NCBI GenBank assembly: GCA_964486505.1
Contig: CAZAMC010000002.1
Span: forward strand, 65,656-129,655
Length of the DNA stretch: 64,000 nt
From: an uncultured Gammaproteobacteria bacterium
GTDB taxonomy: Bacteria; Patescibacteriota; Patescibacteriia; PEXW01
Direction: 5' to 3'
Shown: positions 1-12,056 of the stretch, piece after piece
Numbering within the stretch: the stretch's first letter is position 1
Layout: the number at the start of each line of letters is the position of its first letter
Translations under genes and position numbers: made by a program
The notes under the pieces: generated by a model
What the model was told of the DNA's origin: nothing
Seen by the model: the letters and a program-made list of their open reading frames with translations, nothing else
The model's database searches: none

Positions 1-928
1 CTTGGGCATGCTCGTGTGCGTCACCGGCGTGTCCGGCAGTGGCAAGTCCACGCTCATCACCGACATCCTCTCCCGCGCCCTCGCGCAGGAGTTCTACAAT
101 GCCAAAGACCTGCCCGGGAAGCACGACCGCATTGATGGCATGGAGTACTTGGATAAAGTTATTACCATTGACCAGTCGCCCATTGGCCGCACCCCGCGGT
201 CCAACCCGGCCACCTACACGGGCGTGTTCACGCCTATCCGCGACTTGTTCACGCAAATGCCCGAAGCCAAGCAGCGCGGGTTTGGTCCGGGTCGGTTCAG
301 TTTCAACGTGCCCGGCGGCCGATGCGAGGCCTGCGAAGGTGACGGCCTGGTACGCATCGAAATGCACTTCCTGCCCGACGTATACGTGGAGTGTGAGGAG
401 TGCCATGGCCGACGCTACAATCCGCAGGTGCTGGAGGTGCTGTATAAGGGCAAGAACATTGCCGACGTGCTGGATATGACTGTGGAAGAGGCGCTGGAGT
501 TTTTCCGGAACATTCCCGCAATCAAAGCCAAGTTGCAGACCCTCATGGACGTGGGCCTGGGGTACATTCACCTGGGGCAGAGTGCGACCACGCTCTCGGG
601 CGGTGAAGCGCAGCGCGTGAAGCTCGCTACTGAACTTTCCCGGCGGGCCACCGGCCGCACGCTTTACATCCTGGACGAGCCCACCACCGGCCTGCACGTA
701 GATGACGTGAAGCGTTTGCTCGGCGTGCTCTCGCAATTGGTGGACAAGGGCAACAGCGTGCTCGTCATCGAGCACAACCTGGACGTCATTAAGAGCGCAG
801 ACTGGATTGTGGACCTGGGCCCGGGCGGGGGCGACAAAGGCGGAAGGTTGGTGGCCGAAGGCCGGCCTAAGGACGTGGCGAAGGTGAAGGGGAGTTATAC
901 CGGGCAGTACCTGAAGAAGGTCTTGTAA
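1..928 (+). CDS. uvrA: Excinuclease ABC subunit A, C-terminal part (5' truncated by window)
   Basis: GVSGSGKS Walker A, CxxC zinc finger pair, [12 protein letters not shown] signature, [10 protein letters not shown] Walker B. Confidence 0.97.
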   Translation, partial: LGMLVCVTGVSGSGKSTLITDILSRALAQEFYNAKDLPGKHDRIDGMEYLDKVITIDQSPIGRTPRSNPATYTGVFTPIRDLFTQMPEAKQRGFGPGRFSFNVPGGRCEACEGDGLVRIEMHFLPDVYVECEECHGRRYNPQVLEVLYKGKNIADVLDMTVEEALEFFRNIPAIKAKLQTLMDVGLGYIHLGQSATTLSGGEAQRVKLATELSRRATGRTLYILDEPTTGLHVDDVKRLLGVLSQLVDKGNSVLVIEHNLDVIKSADWIVDLGPGGGDKGGRLVAEGRPKDVAKVKGSYTGQYLKKVL

Positions 929-932
929 AAAA

Positions 933-967
933 TAAGAACACCTCGACAATCCGGTCGAGGTGTTTTT
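933..967. terminator. Bidirectional intrinsic terminator
   Basis: aacacctcgac-aatccg-gtcgaggtgtt hairpin with A/T tracts between convergent genes. Confidence 0.75.
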
Positions 968-970
968 GGT

Positions 971-1594
971 TTAGCGCACGAGGTGCACCGGCAAGGGGAG
1001 CGGCACTTCCAGTCGGCGGGGTACGTCTGCTTCACGTTGAGCAATCGTTTGCTTCAAGACCTTTCGATCGGTAATGCCCACCACGCCCCAGTGCGCAGCT
1101 AGATCGGCAAATGTTATCTTCAGCCGGATCGGTAGCGCGTCCCAGTTCTCCGCCCGTTTTGGCAGGAGCCAGGCACGACCACAGGTCGGGCAGCTGAAAA
1201 TCGCATTGGGGTGCAGCGCGATGTACGGAAAATCAATGAGCAGGTTGCCGCAGCAGTGGTAGGCCGGGGAAAAGCGCTGCACGGTGCATTCCCCCGTAAA
1301 GCCCAGGCGCAGATTGCGTCCTTGTTTGTCGCTCCAGGTGATAACTTGACCCGGGGCAACCGTCACCGAGTCGCCAATGCGCGCAATGGTAAAGTGCCGT
1401 TCACCGTCACCAGGGCCCAGGGTGAGCCGGACAGCCGACGCGGCGTATTCAACCAGCAGTCGTTCTCCACCGTAGCCAATCGTGCTGGGCGTTTGGCATC
1501 TAAGGTACAGGTGTCCCATTTTTACCTCCAATGTTTGGACAGCGCCTACTCTACGAGTTTGGCTCAGCGTAGTCAAATAAGACAGCCTCCGCAT
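971..1594 (-). CDS. Hypothetical protein with zinc-ribbon-like motif
   Basis: ORF directly downstream of csrA; HCCG...CPTCG motif; true start may be ~1519. Confidence 0.55.
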   Translation of the reverse strand: MRRLSYLTTLSQTRRVGAVQTLEVKMGHLYLRCQTPSTIGYGGERLLVEYAASAVRLTLGPGDGERHFTIARIGDSVTVAPGQVITWSDKQGRNLRLGFTGECTVQRFSPAYHCCGNLLIDFPYIALHPNAIFSCPTCGRAWLLPKRAENWDALPIRLKITFADLAAHWGVVGITDRKVLKQTIAQREADVPRRLEVPLPLPVHLVR

Positions 1595-1611
1595 TACGCA
1601 GAGGCTGGCAT

Positions 1612-1821
1612 TCAGAAGATCCCGAAGATCTTTTTTCTAGGTTGGGGGGCTTGGGCTTTCTGTTTCTGGATCTGGTCGTGGACCTCTTCGCGGTGGACTG
1701 CCACTTTTTGATCGGCATCTATGCCGAGGCGGACTTGTCGCCCGCTGATCCCGATAACTCTCACCACGGTGTCGTCACCAATGGTGATTGCTTCCCCCAA
1801 CTTGCGAGTAAGAATGAGCAC
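1612..1821 (-). CDS. csrA: Carbon storage regulator CsrA/RsmA family RNA-binding protein
   Basis: [17 protein letters not shown]...VRLGIDA...VAVHREEV matches the CsrA signature; AGGAGG upstream of the GTG start. Confidence 0.92.
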   Translation of the reverse strand: MLILTRKLGEAITIGDDTVVRVIGISGRQVRLGIDADQKVAVHREEVHDQIQKQKAQAPQPRKKIFGIF

Positions 1822-2011
1822 GGCCTTGACCTCCTATACATGGTCATTGTGTGCCGGGTTGTGCCCGTTGGGGCGTTTTTATTGTTGGCGGAGTATACCA
1901 ATTAGCTTTTTGCTGTCAACCCCATGCCACTTTTACAAAGGGAAAGGGGCGTGGGGTCAAGCCCCGTGCGCTGCATTTGCCGTGCGGAGGTGTGGACGCT
2001 AGCATGCAGGT

Positions 2012-2938
2012 ATGACCCCCACTGAACAGGCAATTCTTCGGACCGTGGCGTACTTCGACATCTTCAACTACCCGTTAACGGCCTGGGAGGTTTGGAAGTG
2101 GCTGCTCGGTGGTACCCCAACCGTGCAGGTGGCGTACCCTGAGGTGGTTGAGGCATTGCAATCCAGCACTGTGCTCCAGGAGAAACTGGACCACCACCAG
2201 GGTTTCTACTTCCTGCGGGGGCGGGCCGAAAATGTCCAGCTCCGCCAGGAACGGTACCGCCTCGCACTCACCAAGTTGGAGCGTGCCCAGCGCTTTGCGC
2301 AGACGCTTGCTCGGCTTCCGTACGTTCGCGCGGTTTTCGCGTGCAACTCCTTGGGGCTGGCGAATGCGCGCAGCGAGAGTGACATTGATTTCTTCATCCT
2401 CGTAAAACGCGGGCACGTGTGGGCCGTTCGTTTGCTCGCGGCCGGGTGGGCCAAACTGCGGAAGCTCCGGCCTCGACCGGCCAACCGACAAGATACCTTC
2501 TGCCTGTCTTTTTTCTTGGCCGATGATGCCCTGAATCTGCACACACTGCGCTTGCCTGCCGACCCATACCTCACCATGTGGCTCGCAACGCTCGTGCCCC
2601 TCTACGATCCGGCAAACCTGCGCGCCCAAGTGTGGAGCGAGAATGCGTGGGTGCAGGCCGCACTCCCGCATGCGCAGCCTCGGGACCTTTCGGCCATGCG
2701 CAGCGCCTCCGCGTGGCGGGCAACGTGGGCCGCGCCGCTCGTAGGGCTAGCCTGGTTTGAGCGCTTGGCAGAAAAAATTCAGCAGCGCGTGTTGGCGCCA
2801 AACCTGCGGACCCTCGCGAACCAAGATTCCCGCGTGGTTATGAACGACACTATGCTTAAGTTCCACGATAACGATCGGCGGGCAGAATACGCGCGAATGT
2901 TTCAGGAGCGGCTCGCTACTCTGGGCATACCGGCATGA
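2012..2938 (+). CDS. Nucleotidyltransferase-fold hypothetical protein
   Basis: NSLGLANARSESDIDFFI resembles the GS-x10-DxD Pol-beta motif. Confidence 0.6.
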   Translation: MTPTEQAILRTVAYFDIFNYPLTAWEVWKWLLGGTPTVQVAYPEVVEALQSSTVLQEKLDHHQGFYFLRGRAENVQLRQERYRLALTKLERAQRFAQTLARLPYVRAVFACNSLGLANARSESDIDFFILVKRGHVWAVRLLAAGWAKLRKLRPRPANRQDTFCLSFFLADDALNLHTLRLPADPYLTMWLATLVPLYDPANLRAQVWSENAWVQAALPHAQPRDLSAMRSASAWRATWAAPLVGLAWFERLAEKIQQRVLAPNLRTLANQDSRVVMNDTMLKFHDNDRRAEYARMFQERLATLGIPA

Positions 2939-4299
2939 CCCGTACCGACCGCCTCCTCACTTTGGGCCTGGGTTTATACGTGGCCTTGTTGCCGTGGCAA
3001 ACGCGGGTCATGCTCGACCAGCCGCGCTTGGGTGTTGAGCTCACCGAGTACGGCTCCCTCAGCGTGTACGCCACGGATATTCTCCTCGTGCTCATCCTGC
3101 TGGGAGCGTGGCTGTTCACGCGGCCCCGCCGCATGTCTGCGCCCGTTGGCTACGGCCTCGTCGCGTTGCTCGTGGTGTGCCTAGGTTCGGCACTCTACGC
3201 CAATCGGAGCGAAGTCGCCTTAGCCGGAGTGCGTATCTTATTGAGCGGCGCAGCGCTCTGGTGGCTGCTGCAGCAAGAGTGGGCGAGTCGCCGTTTTATC
3301 TTGGGGTGTTTTCTGGGGGGCGCGGTGCTGCAAGCCCTCTTTGCGATTGGTCAATTTGTGGCGCAGACCAGTCCGGCGGCAAGTCTGCTGGGGTTGGCAG
3401 CGCACGATCCCGGCACCCTGGGCACGTCCGTGGTTGCCGTGGCAGGGCAGCGATGGCTGCGCGCGTATGGCAGTTTGCCCCACCCGAATATTCTGGGCGG
3501 CTATTTGGCCGTAGCGCTGCTCGTCACTTTTGGTTTCTACCTCCGGGCCTACGACGCCGTTCGTCAAGGTTTTGCCACGTGGACGCGGGAGAACATTCAC
3601 CGCCACATCGAGGGCAAGCGCTGGTACTGGCGCCAGGCCCAGCAGATCGCCGGCCTGCTCGCTATCCAAGCGATTCTTGTTGTTGGCCTACTCCTTACCT
3701 TCTCCCGCTCGGCCTGGATTGGTTTCTTGGCGGCCTGGGTGGTTATGCTGGCGGTGCTGCTGGTCCAGCGGTGGCCCCAGGCGTGGCAGCTGTGGGTGAA
3801 GTGGACGTTCTTCTTGGGTGTCATTACGGTGTTCGTTGTTCTTGCGGTGCCCCAGGCATTTGTTGCGCGATCCACTGCCGAAGGGCAGCTGGAGCAGCAG
3901 TCCATTAGTGCTCGTCAGCAGCAGTTCGACGATGCGTACGACCTCCTCAAGCTGGAACCGCTCCGGGGTGTGGGGTACGGCAACATGGTGGTTGCGATTC
4001 GCGACCGGCTGGGCGTTGCGCGGGCGAGCGTCCACGATTACCAGCCCGTCCACAACATCTACCTCCTCAGTGTAGTGGAGCTGGGCGTCATCGGTGGGTT
4101 GCTCTTCTTAGCGACGTGCGTGCTTGCGCTCCGCTCAGCCCTCGTAAAAGTGTTTACCCGGGGCCGGTGGTCAGATGTCGTTGCCCTGGCGAGCCTCGCG
4201 TGCCTGCTGGTCATCGGTCTCTTCGACCACTACCTGTGGACGTTGGGCTTTGGCGTGAGCTTTTTTTGGGTCGTGGTGGGGTGGGGGAGCCGGGAGTAG
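2935..4299 (+). CDS. O-antigen ligase/Wzy_C family membrane protein
   Basis: Multi-TM; RAYGSLPHPNILGG, TFSRSAW, GVGYGN, VHNIYL motifs. Confidence 0.85.
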   Translation: MTRTDRLLTLGLGLYVALLPWQTRVMLDQPRLGVELTEYGSLSVYATDILLVLILLGAWLFTRPRRMSAPVGYGLVALLVVCLGSALYANRSEVALAGVRILLSGAALWWLLQQEWASRRFILGCFLGGAVLQALFAIGQFVAQTSPAASLLGLAAHDPGTLGTSVVAVAGQRWLRAYGSLPHPNILGGYLAVALLVTFGFYLRAYDAVRQGFATWTRENIHRHIEGKRWYWRQAQQIAGLLAIQAILVVGLLLTFSRSAWIGFLAAWVVMLAVLLVQRWPQAWQLWVKWTFFLGVITVFVVLAVPQAFVARSTAEGQLEQQSISARQQQFDDAYDLLKLEPLRGVGYGNMVVAIRDRLGVARASVHDYQPVHNIYLLSVVELGVIGGLLFLATCVLALRSALVKVFTRGRWSDVVALASLACLLVIGLFDHYLWTLGFGVSFFWVVVGWGSRE

Positions 4300-4300
4300 G

Positions 4301-4552
4301 TCAGGGCAGCATCTTCATGTGCTGAACACGGCGGTGAATCTTTTGGATTTTCCACCAGCGGTGGAATGCCACGCCGGCCCAGAATACTTCTACGGCCCCA
4401 AAAAGCCAGGCGCCCGAGAGAAAGCCGTACACCGAGCTCGCAACACACGCACACGCAAAGGCAAAGACGAACCGTGGGTGGCGCCGTTCAAAGGCGTAGA
4501 ACACCAACATGGCCGTTATGGCTACTAAGCCGAAGAGGGTAGTGGGATTCAT
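4301..4552 (-). CDS. Small membrane protein
   Basis: Hydrophobic 3-TM ORF starting MNPTTLFGLVAITAMLVFYAFE. Confidence 0.6.
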   Translation of the reverse strand: MNPTTLFGLVAITAMLVFYAFERRHPRFVFAFACACVASSVYGFLSGAWLFGAVEVFWAGVAFHRWWKIQKIHRRVQHMKMLP

Positions 4553-4602
4553 TGGGGAAAGTATCCTGGATGCCCAGGAGATTAGCAAACCCCTGCGTAT
4601 GC

Positions 4603-4631
4603 TTGACAGCCCTGGTTTTCTTGCATAAAAT
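4603..4631 (+). promoter_or_regulatory. Sigma70-type promoter of groESL
   Basis: TTGACA-N17-TAAAAT. Confidence 0.8.
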
Positions 4632-4647
4632 CTCTCTCACAAGGCAT

Positions 4648-4674
4648 TTAGCACTCACTAGTCGTAAGTGCTAA
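4648..4674. promoter_or_regulatory. CIRCE element (HrcA operator)
   Basis: TTAGCACTC-N9-AAGTGCTAA, one mismatch to the consensus, upstream of groES. Confidence 0.92.
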
Positions 4675-4715
4675 ATGCATACTCCTCACCAATCTTACGT
4701 AATCCAGCGAAGCTT

Positions 4716-6667
<1,952 letters not shown>

Positions 6668-6711
6668 AAGGTAATGTAGTAGAACGCAGAGGGGCTGAAG
6701 GGTCCCTCTTC

Positions 6712-6794
6712 GTTTTGCGAGCGAAGTGAAGCAAACTTGCTGCACTGGCTACGCAAGATTGCTTCGCCCGCCGAATGGCGGGACTCGCAATGAC
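6712..6794. repeat. Palindromic dispersed repeat (GTCATTGCG...CGCAATGAC type), copy A
   Basis: gttttgcgag...gaagca...aagattg...ctcgcaatgac; same architecture as 9081-9164. Confidence 0.7.
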
Positions 6795-6896
6795 AAACAC
6801 CCGCTCTGGAGAAGAGCGGGCGGGAGAGAAGTATAAGAGAACAAACCCCCGTTCAATTAGGACGGGGGTTGTAGCAAAAGACGATTTTGCGCATCT

Positions 6897-7751
6897 CTAG
6901 GCCATGGGCGAGGCACTGCCGGGAGTAGCCAGAATCCAGGCGAGTAAGTAGATCCAGACAAATACAGTCATGACTCCTTGTGGGTATAGGTCCCGGTTTT
7001 TATTGTGATAGGGGACGAACAACCCAGTGGCGAATATTCCGAAGGTGACAAATATTAGCAGAATCGTCCAGCCCGGAAACGAACCAAAGAGGGAGTTTGC
7101 GAAGACCGCAGTGCCGAGAGTCGGAACTAGGAGATATACGCCCGTAGTTCCACCCCAGTCCGCATCTTCATTTGCCTCACGCTTACCTTTGATTCTTTCG
7201 TGTGCCGCTCCTGCTTCTTGACTATCCTTCACTTCTTCACGTAGGAGGTAGAACATGCAGGCAATGAGCATAAAGAACCACGTCCAGCCTGATAGCGCAG
7301 TCCCGCTCGCTAACCACCCTACCAGCACCGGGGTGGTACAAATGATTGCAACTTCGAGATTCCGGGGTTCGTCGGTACGACTCATTGTGTAGTCTGCCAC
7401 GAGCCCGCCGGCGATGAATATGGCTATGGTGGCACCTAGGGAGAGGTAGTTGATCGTGATGACGATCGAAGTCAGGAATGCCAAGCCGGCAATTGGCCCT
7501 AGCACCCATGGTCGGCGCTTGGGGAGGTAATCATTGACGTGCCGCGAGAACGGTTTGTCATGTTTTTGGAACGCGCAGTGGAATGCGCTACTGGCGAAAA
7601 CCAAGAGGGCCATGGCACTGGCGCCGGCAATCACCATCGGGGTGAGGCTAAAGTCCCGGGCAGCAATCGTGGCGAAGGCCACGACCGCGAAGGCCGCAGT
7701 CAGACACTGGAATGGTCTAACGATGACAAGGAACTGTTTGAAGATGCTCAT
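6897..7751 (-). CDS. Divergent UbiA-family prenyltransferase-like membrane protein
   Basis: N-terminal IVRP, about 8 TM segments, REEVKDSQE second motif; first Asp-rich motif degenerate. Confidence 0.55.
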   Translation of the reverse strand: MSIFKQFLVIVRPFQCLTAAFAVVAFATIAARDFSLTPMVIAGASAMALLVFASSAFHCAFQKHDKPFSRHVNDYLPKRRPWVLGPIAGLAFLTSIVITINYLSLGATIAIFIAGGLVADYTMSRTDEPRNLEVAIICTTPVLVGWLASGTALSGWTWFFMLIACMFYLLREEVKDSQEAGAAHERIKGKREANEDADWGGTTGVYLLVPTLGTAVFANSLFGSFPGWTILLIFVTFGIFATGLFVPYHNKNRDLYPQGVMTVFVWIYLLAWILATPGSASPMA

Positions 7752-8125
7752 TCGACTCCTCCTGGGCTATGTTTTGTTTCTAGTATTGCGAACCTTACCA
7801 CTCATTTCCACGACGTCAAGGTGAGTATCGAAAGAATGCCCTTACCCTGGAGAAGCTTGGCATTCCAATATTGAGACATACCAGGCATGGGTGGCGGGAT
7901 GGGGATGGATTACTAGAGTTGTCGTGAGGGGGAACCAATCGTGGTTCCCCCTTCCCGTACCCCCTCCACTTTTGGAGTTGCGGCGTCACCCCTCGGATAC
8001 GCCAAGCTTGATCCTCGGGGTTCCTTGCAACACATTGAGAACGTTCAAGCGCAGGTCTCCGTGCCTGCGCTTGCTCCGTTACAGAGTAGAAACACCCGCT
8101 CTCCAAACAGGGCGGGTGTGAAAGA

Positions 8126-8674
8126 TCAGATGAGCTCGATGCGAGATTCGCCGAGCAGGGTGTTGGCGTTGACAATGGCCTGCCAGAGCGAGATTTCGAG
8201 GGGGAGGTGATGGTCGCAGACCCGAACCGAGAGTATCCGCGATATGATATTGGGCGGTCGGAAGTCCGCGGGGTCTTTCCGTAAGAGCCGGACATTCTCA
8301 CTGCCGCACATGGGGCAGCGGTCCAGGTAGACGAAGTCGTCCTTCCCACAGTAGCTAATCACCGGGCGATGAACGTCCCGCGTTGGCCGTTTGCAGGCGG
8401 CAGCAACGCTGTGCGCAATTTCCGCCGAGAAATTTTTCGCCCGAATTTGCACTGCCCGAATCCAGTCGGCTTCCGCCGTGGCAAACGTCAGCTGTGCCTT
8501 CGCCACCCAGGTGGGAGTCTGCCCCGCCAAGAGCACGGGGTTGCCCAGGGTTATGAACATCTGGTGCTGGGCATGTCCGTTCGCATGGGCAGTGAGCGCT
8601 TCGGGCATATTGCCATTCTGCAAGTGCTCGCGCGCGATGCCCGTCATGGCCACCGCTTTGAACTTTGGTTCCAA
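8126..8674 (-). CDS. Hypothetical protein (CxxC ... CDHH)
   Basis: AAGGAGG upstream, hairpin terminator downstream, CPMCGS motif. Confidence 0.55.
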   Translation of the reverse strand: MEPKFKAVAMTGIAREHLQNGNMPEALTAHANGHAQHQMFITLGNPVLLAGQTPTWVAKAQLTFATAEADWIRAVQIRAKNFSAEIAHSVAAACKRPTRDVHRPVISYCGKDDFVYLDRCPMCGSENVRLLRKDPADFRPPNIISRILSVRVCDHHLPLEISLWQAIVNANTLLGESRIELI

Positions 8675-8770
8675 GCATCCTCCTTGGTGCTATGTTGGGT
8701 TTGGTTTCAAGTTCGCAGTCTACCACCGGCCGTTGCGCCGTCAAGGTGGGGCGGCTATACTGGGAGCACT

Positions 8771-9073
8771 ATGGATCCCATCACCGAGAAAACCCAGAAT
8801 ACGGGCTTCAATAATCAGCGCAACCTCCTGGCCGCGCTCGGCTACGTGTGGTTTGTGTGCGTCGTGGTTTTGCTGCTCAAGCGGGGCGACCCGTTCATCA
8901 CGCAGCACGCGCGCAATGGCACGGCGCTCTTCATCCTGTCTGTCTTCTGGTTCATCCCACCAATCGGCGTGGTTGTCCTGCTCTTCGAGCTCTACGGATT
9001 CTACCAGGCGTTCATTGGCCGGCCGTACAAGTTGCCGCTCATCGGCGACTGGCTGGAGACCATTAAGCTGTAA
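8771..9073 (+). CDS. DUF4870-like small membrane protein
   Basis: LAALGY...FITQHARNG...YKLPLIG pattern. Confidence 0.7.
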   Translation: MDPITEKTQNTGFNNQRNLLAALGYVWFVCVVVLLLKRGDPFITQHARNGTALFILSVFWFIPPIGVVVLLFELYGFYQAFIGRPYKLPLIGDWLETIKL

Positions 9074-9080
9074 CGTTATT

Positions 9081-9164
9081 GTCATTGCGGGCCCGAAGGC
9101 CGAAGCAGTTTTTTGGCTATCCGGTCGGGCAAGATTGTCACGTCGCTGCACTCCTCGCAATGAC
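9081..9164. repeat. Palindromic dispersed repeat, copy B
   Basis: gtcattgcg ... ctcgcaatgac terminal inverted repeat with internal gaagca/aagattg. Confidence 0.7.
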
Positions 9165-9232
9165 CCCGTTTGACGTCCGCTCGGCCATTCCCTAGGATGC
9201 GGGCAACACCAAGAGCGTACATGGAGGTTTCT

Positions 9233-9436
9233 ATGGGGTATCGTCTGCATCAGACTCGAGAGTGTCCTTTGTGCCGGCACAACGTTCCGCGCTCTAGCTT
9301 CGAGGACCACTACAGTGGTCATTTCAAGAAGCGGAAGCCCACGGCCGCCCAGCCCGCTGTACCGGCTGGCGAAGTAACCGCCCGCCTGGCCGATCCAAAC
9401 GTCAGCGCCGACCTGCGCACCGTCGAGCTGCTCTGA
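9233..9436 (+). CDS. Small C2H2-like zinc-finger protein
   Basis: GGAGG SD; CPLC-x11-H-x3-H; terminator downstream. Confidence 0.6.
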   Translation: MGYRLHQTRECPLCRHNVPRSSFEDHYSGHFKKRKPTAAQPAVPAGEVTARLADPNVSADLRTVELL

Positions 9437-9550
9437 ACTCGACGCACTGTTGAAGCCCGGGATCCACTCGGGCTTCTTCTTTTGGTGGACAAAGACGCAT
9501 TTTTATGCTAAAATAGTTACAGCTTGTCATCACATCTAAACAGACATCCT

Positions 9551-11989
9551 ATGCCGAAGCGCATGCCGACCGCCGCTCAGAAGAAGAAGCGATTCATTTT
9601 ATGGTTCGATGAAATTGGCATTGAAGACGTGCCACTCGTCGGCGGGAAGAACGCTTCGCTTGGAGAAATGTACCGGGAGCTCACCAGCAAGGGCGTGAAA
9701 ATCCCTAACGGTTTTGCAATTACGGCGTACGCGTACCAGTACCTGCTGACCAAGGCCAAGATTAAGGACGACATCAAGCGCATCCTGAAGGACTTGGACG
9801 TGAGCAACCTGAAGAACCTGTACGACCACGGCCGCCGGGTGCGAGAAGTGATTAGCCATGCCGAGTTCCCACCCGAGTTGCGCGAGGAAATTGTTACGGC
9901 CTACCGCCGCCTCTCCAAAGAGAATGGCGTGAAGAACGTTGACACCGCGGTGCGCTCCAGCGCGACCGCCGAAGACCTCGCCGACGCGTCATTCGCCGGC
10001 CAGCAGGAGACGTTCCTCAACGTGCACGGTGAAGACCAGCTCATTCAGTCTTGTAAGGCGTGCTTCGCATCGCTGTTCACCAACCGGGCAATCAGCTACC
10101 GGCACGAGAAGAAGTTCGACGACTTCAAGGTGTCGCTCTCCATTGGCGTGCAGAAGATGGTGCGTTCGGACCTCGCCGCTTCGGGTGTTATGTTCTCCAT
10201 CGACACGGAGTCGGGCTTCAAGGATGCGGTCATGATTAACGCATCGTACGGCTTGGGTGAAAACGTCGTGCAAGGGGCGGTGACACCGGACGAGTACTAC
10301 GTGCACAAGCCGACGCTGCGCCAGGGTTTTAAGCCCATTGTCGGCAAGCACGTGGGCAGTAAGGAAATTAAGATGATCTACGCCCCCGGCGGCGTACGAC
10401 CAGTGAAGAACGTCCCCGTGCCCCAGCCCGAGCGCCGGAAGTTTGCCATAACCGAGCCCGAAATCCTGCGTCTCGCGAAGTGGGCCATCATCATTGAGGA
10501 CCACTACTCCAAGAAGGCCGGCCATTTCAAGCCCATGGACATGGAGTGGGCCAAGGACGGGGAAACCGGCCAGCTCTTCATTGTGCAAGCCCGGCCCGAA
10601 ACTGTTACTAGCCGTCGCAATCCTAATGTTTTGGAGACCTACGTTATTGCGAAGCGCGGGAAGGTGCTCACTGAAGGCGGGAGCATTGGCGCCAAGATCG
10701 CCGCGGGCATGGTGCACGTTATCGAGGATGTGAAAGACATTAGCAAGTTTAAAGCCGGTGAGGTCCTGGTGACCGAGATGACCGATCCCGACTGGGAGCC
10801 CATTATGAAGAAGGCCGCCGCCATTGTGACGAACTCGGGCGGCCGCACCTGCCACGCTGCAATTATCTCCCGTGAACTCGGCGTACCGTGCGTGGTTGGC
10901 ACGGGCGACGGCACGGAGAAGCTGAAGAAGGCCAGCATGGTTACCGTCTCCTGCGCAGAGGGGGAGAAGGGCTACGTGTACGCCGGCAAGATCCCTTTCA
11001 GCATCAAGCGGACCGACTTGAAAACACTCAAGCGGCCGAAGACGAAAGTCATGATGAACGTCGGGAACCCGGAATCGGCATTTGCCGATAGCTTCATCCC
11101 CAACGACGGCGTAGGCCTGGCCCGTGAAGAGTTCATTATCAACGACTACATCAAGGTGCACCCCATGGCCTTGTTGAACTTCAACAAGGTAAAGGACACG
11201 CGGGTCCGCCAGCACATTGAAGACCTCACCTTTGGGTACAGCACGAAGCCGCAGTACTTCATCGACAAGCTTGCTGAAGGGATTGCGCGTATCGCCGCGG
11301 CCTTCTACCCCAAGGACGTCATCATCCGGCTCTCGGACTTCAAGACCAACGAGTACGCCAACCTGGTGGGCGGCAAAGATTTTGAACCCGTTGAAGACAA
11401 TCCCATGATCGGTTGGCGTGGCGCGTCCCGCTACTACGACCCCAAGTACGAGCCGGCCTTTAAGCTGGAGTGCCTAGCGCTCCGCAAAGTCCGCGACGTG
11501 ATGGGCTTGAAGAACCTCAAGGTCATGGTGCCGTTCTGCCGCACCGTGGAAGAGGGGAAGCTGGTCATTGCCACAATGAAGAAGTACGGTCTGGTCCAGC
11601 ACAAAGATGGCCTGGAGGTGTACGTGATGTGCGAAATCCCCAACAACGTCATCCTGGTGAAAGAGTTCAGCAAGATTTTCGATGGCTTCAGCATTGGCAG
11701 CAATGACCTGACGCAGCTTACCCTCGGTGTGGACCGCGATTCGGCCTTGGTGGCGCACGTGTACAACGAGCGCAACGCCGGGGTGAAAGAGCTCATCCGC
11801 ACGGTCATCCGCGGGGCCAAGCTCTACAAGCGCAAGATTGGCATCTGCGGCCAAGCGCCATCAGACTTCCCCGACTTCGCCCAGTTCCTGGCTACTGAGG
11901 GGATTGATAGCATCAGCTTGAATCCCGATACGGTCATTAAGACGACTATCGCCATTGGGCAGGCTGAGAAGAAAGCGAAGAAGAAGTAA
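9551..11989 (+). CDS. ppsA: Phosphoenolpyruvate synthase
   Basis: VGGKNASLGEM, SFAGQQETFLN, GGRTCHAAI phospho-His motif, FSIGSNDLTQ. Confidence 0.97.
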   Translation: MPKRMPTAAQKKKRFILWFDEIGIEDVPLVGGKNASLGEMYRELTSKGVKIPNGFAITAYAYQYLLTKAKIKDDIKRILKDLDVSNLKNLYDHGRRVREVISHAEFPPELREEIVTAYRRLSKENGVKNVDTAVRSSATAEDLADASFAGQQETFLNVHGEDQLIQSCKACFASLFTNRAISYRHEKKFDDFKVSLSIGVQKMVRSDLAASGVMFSIDTESGFKDAVMINASYGLGENVVQGAVTPDEYYVHKPTLRQGFKPIVGKHVGSKEIKMIYAPGGVRPVKNVPVPQPERRKFAITEPEILRLAKWAIIIEDHYSKKAGHFKPMDMEWAKDGETGQLFIVQARPETVTSRRNPNVLETYVIAKRGKVLTEGGSIGAKIAAGMVHVIEDVKDISKFKAGEVLVTEMTDPDWEPIMKKAAAIVTNSGGRTCHAAIISRELGVPCVVGTGDGTEKLKKASMVTVSCAEGEKGYVYAGKIPFSIKRTDLKTLKRPKTKVMMNVGNPESAFADSFIPNDGVGLAREEFIINDYIKVHPMALLNFNKVKDTRVRQHIEDLTFGYSTKPQYFIDKLAEGIARIAAAFYPKDVIIRLSDFKTNEYANLVGGKDFEPVEDNPMIGWRGASRYYDPKYEPAFKLECLALRKVRDVMGLKNLKVMVPFCRTVEEGKLVIATMKKYGLVQHKDGLEVYVMCEIPNNVILVKEFSKIFDGFSIGSNDLTQLTLGVDRDSALVAHVYNERNAGVKELIRTVIRGAKLYKRKIGICGQAPSDFPDFAQFLATEGIDSISLNPDTVIKTTIAIGQAEKKAKKK

Positions 11990-12056
11990 GCGTAGTGAAT
12001 AGAAGAACCGCGGCACTAGACGTGTCGCGGTTTTGTAATGCAAGCAACTTTCTGAA

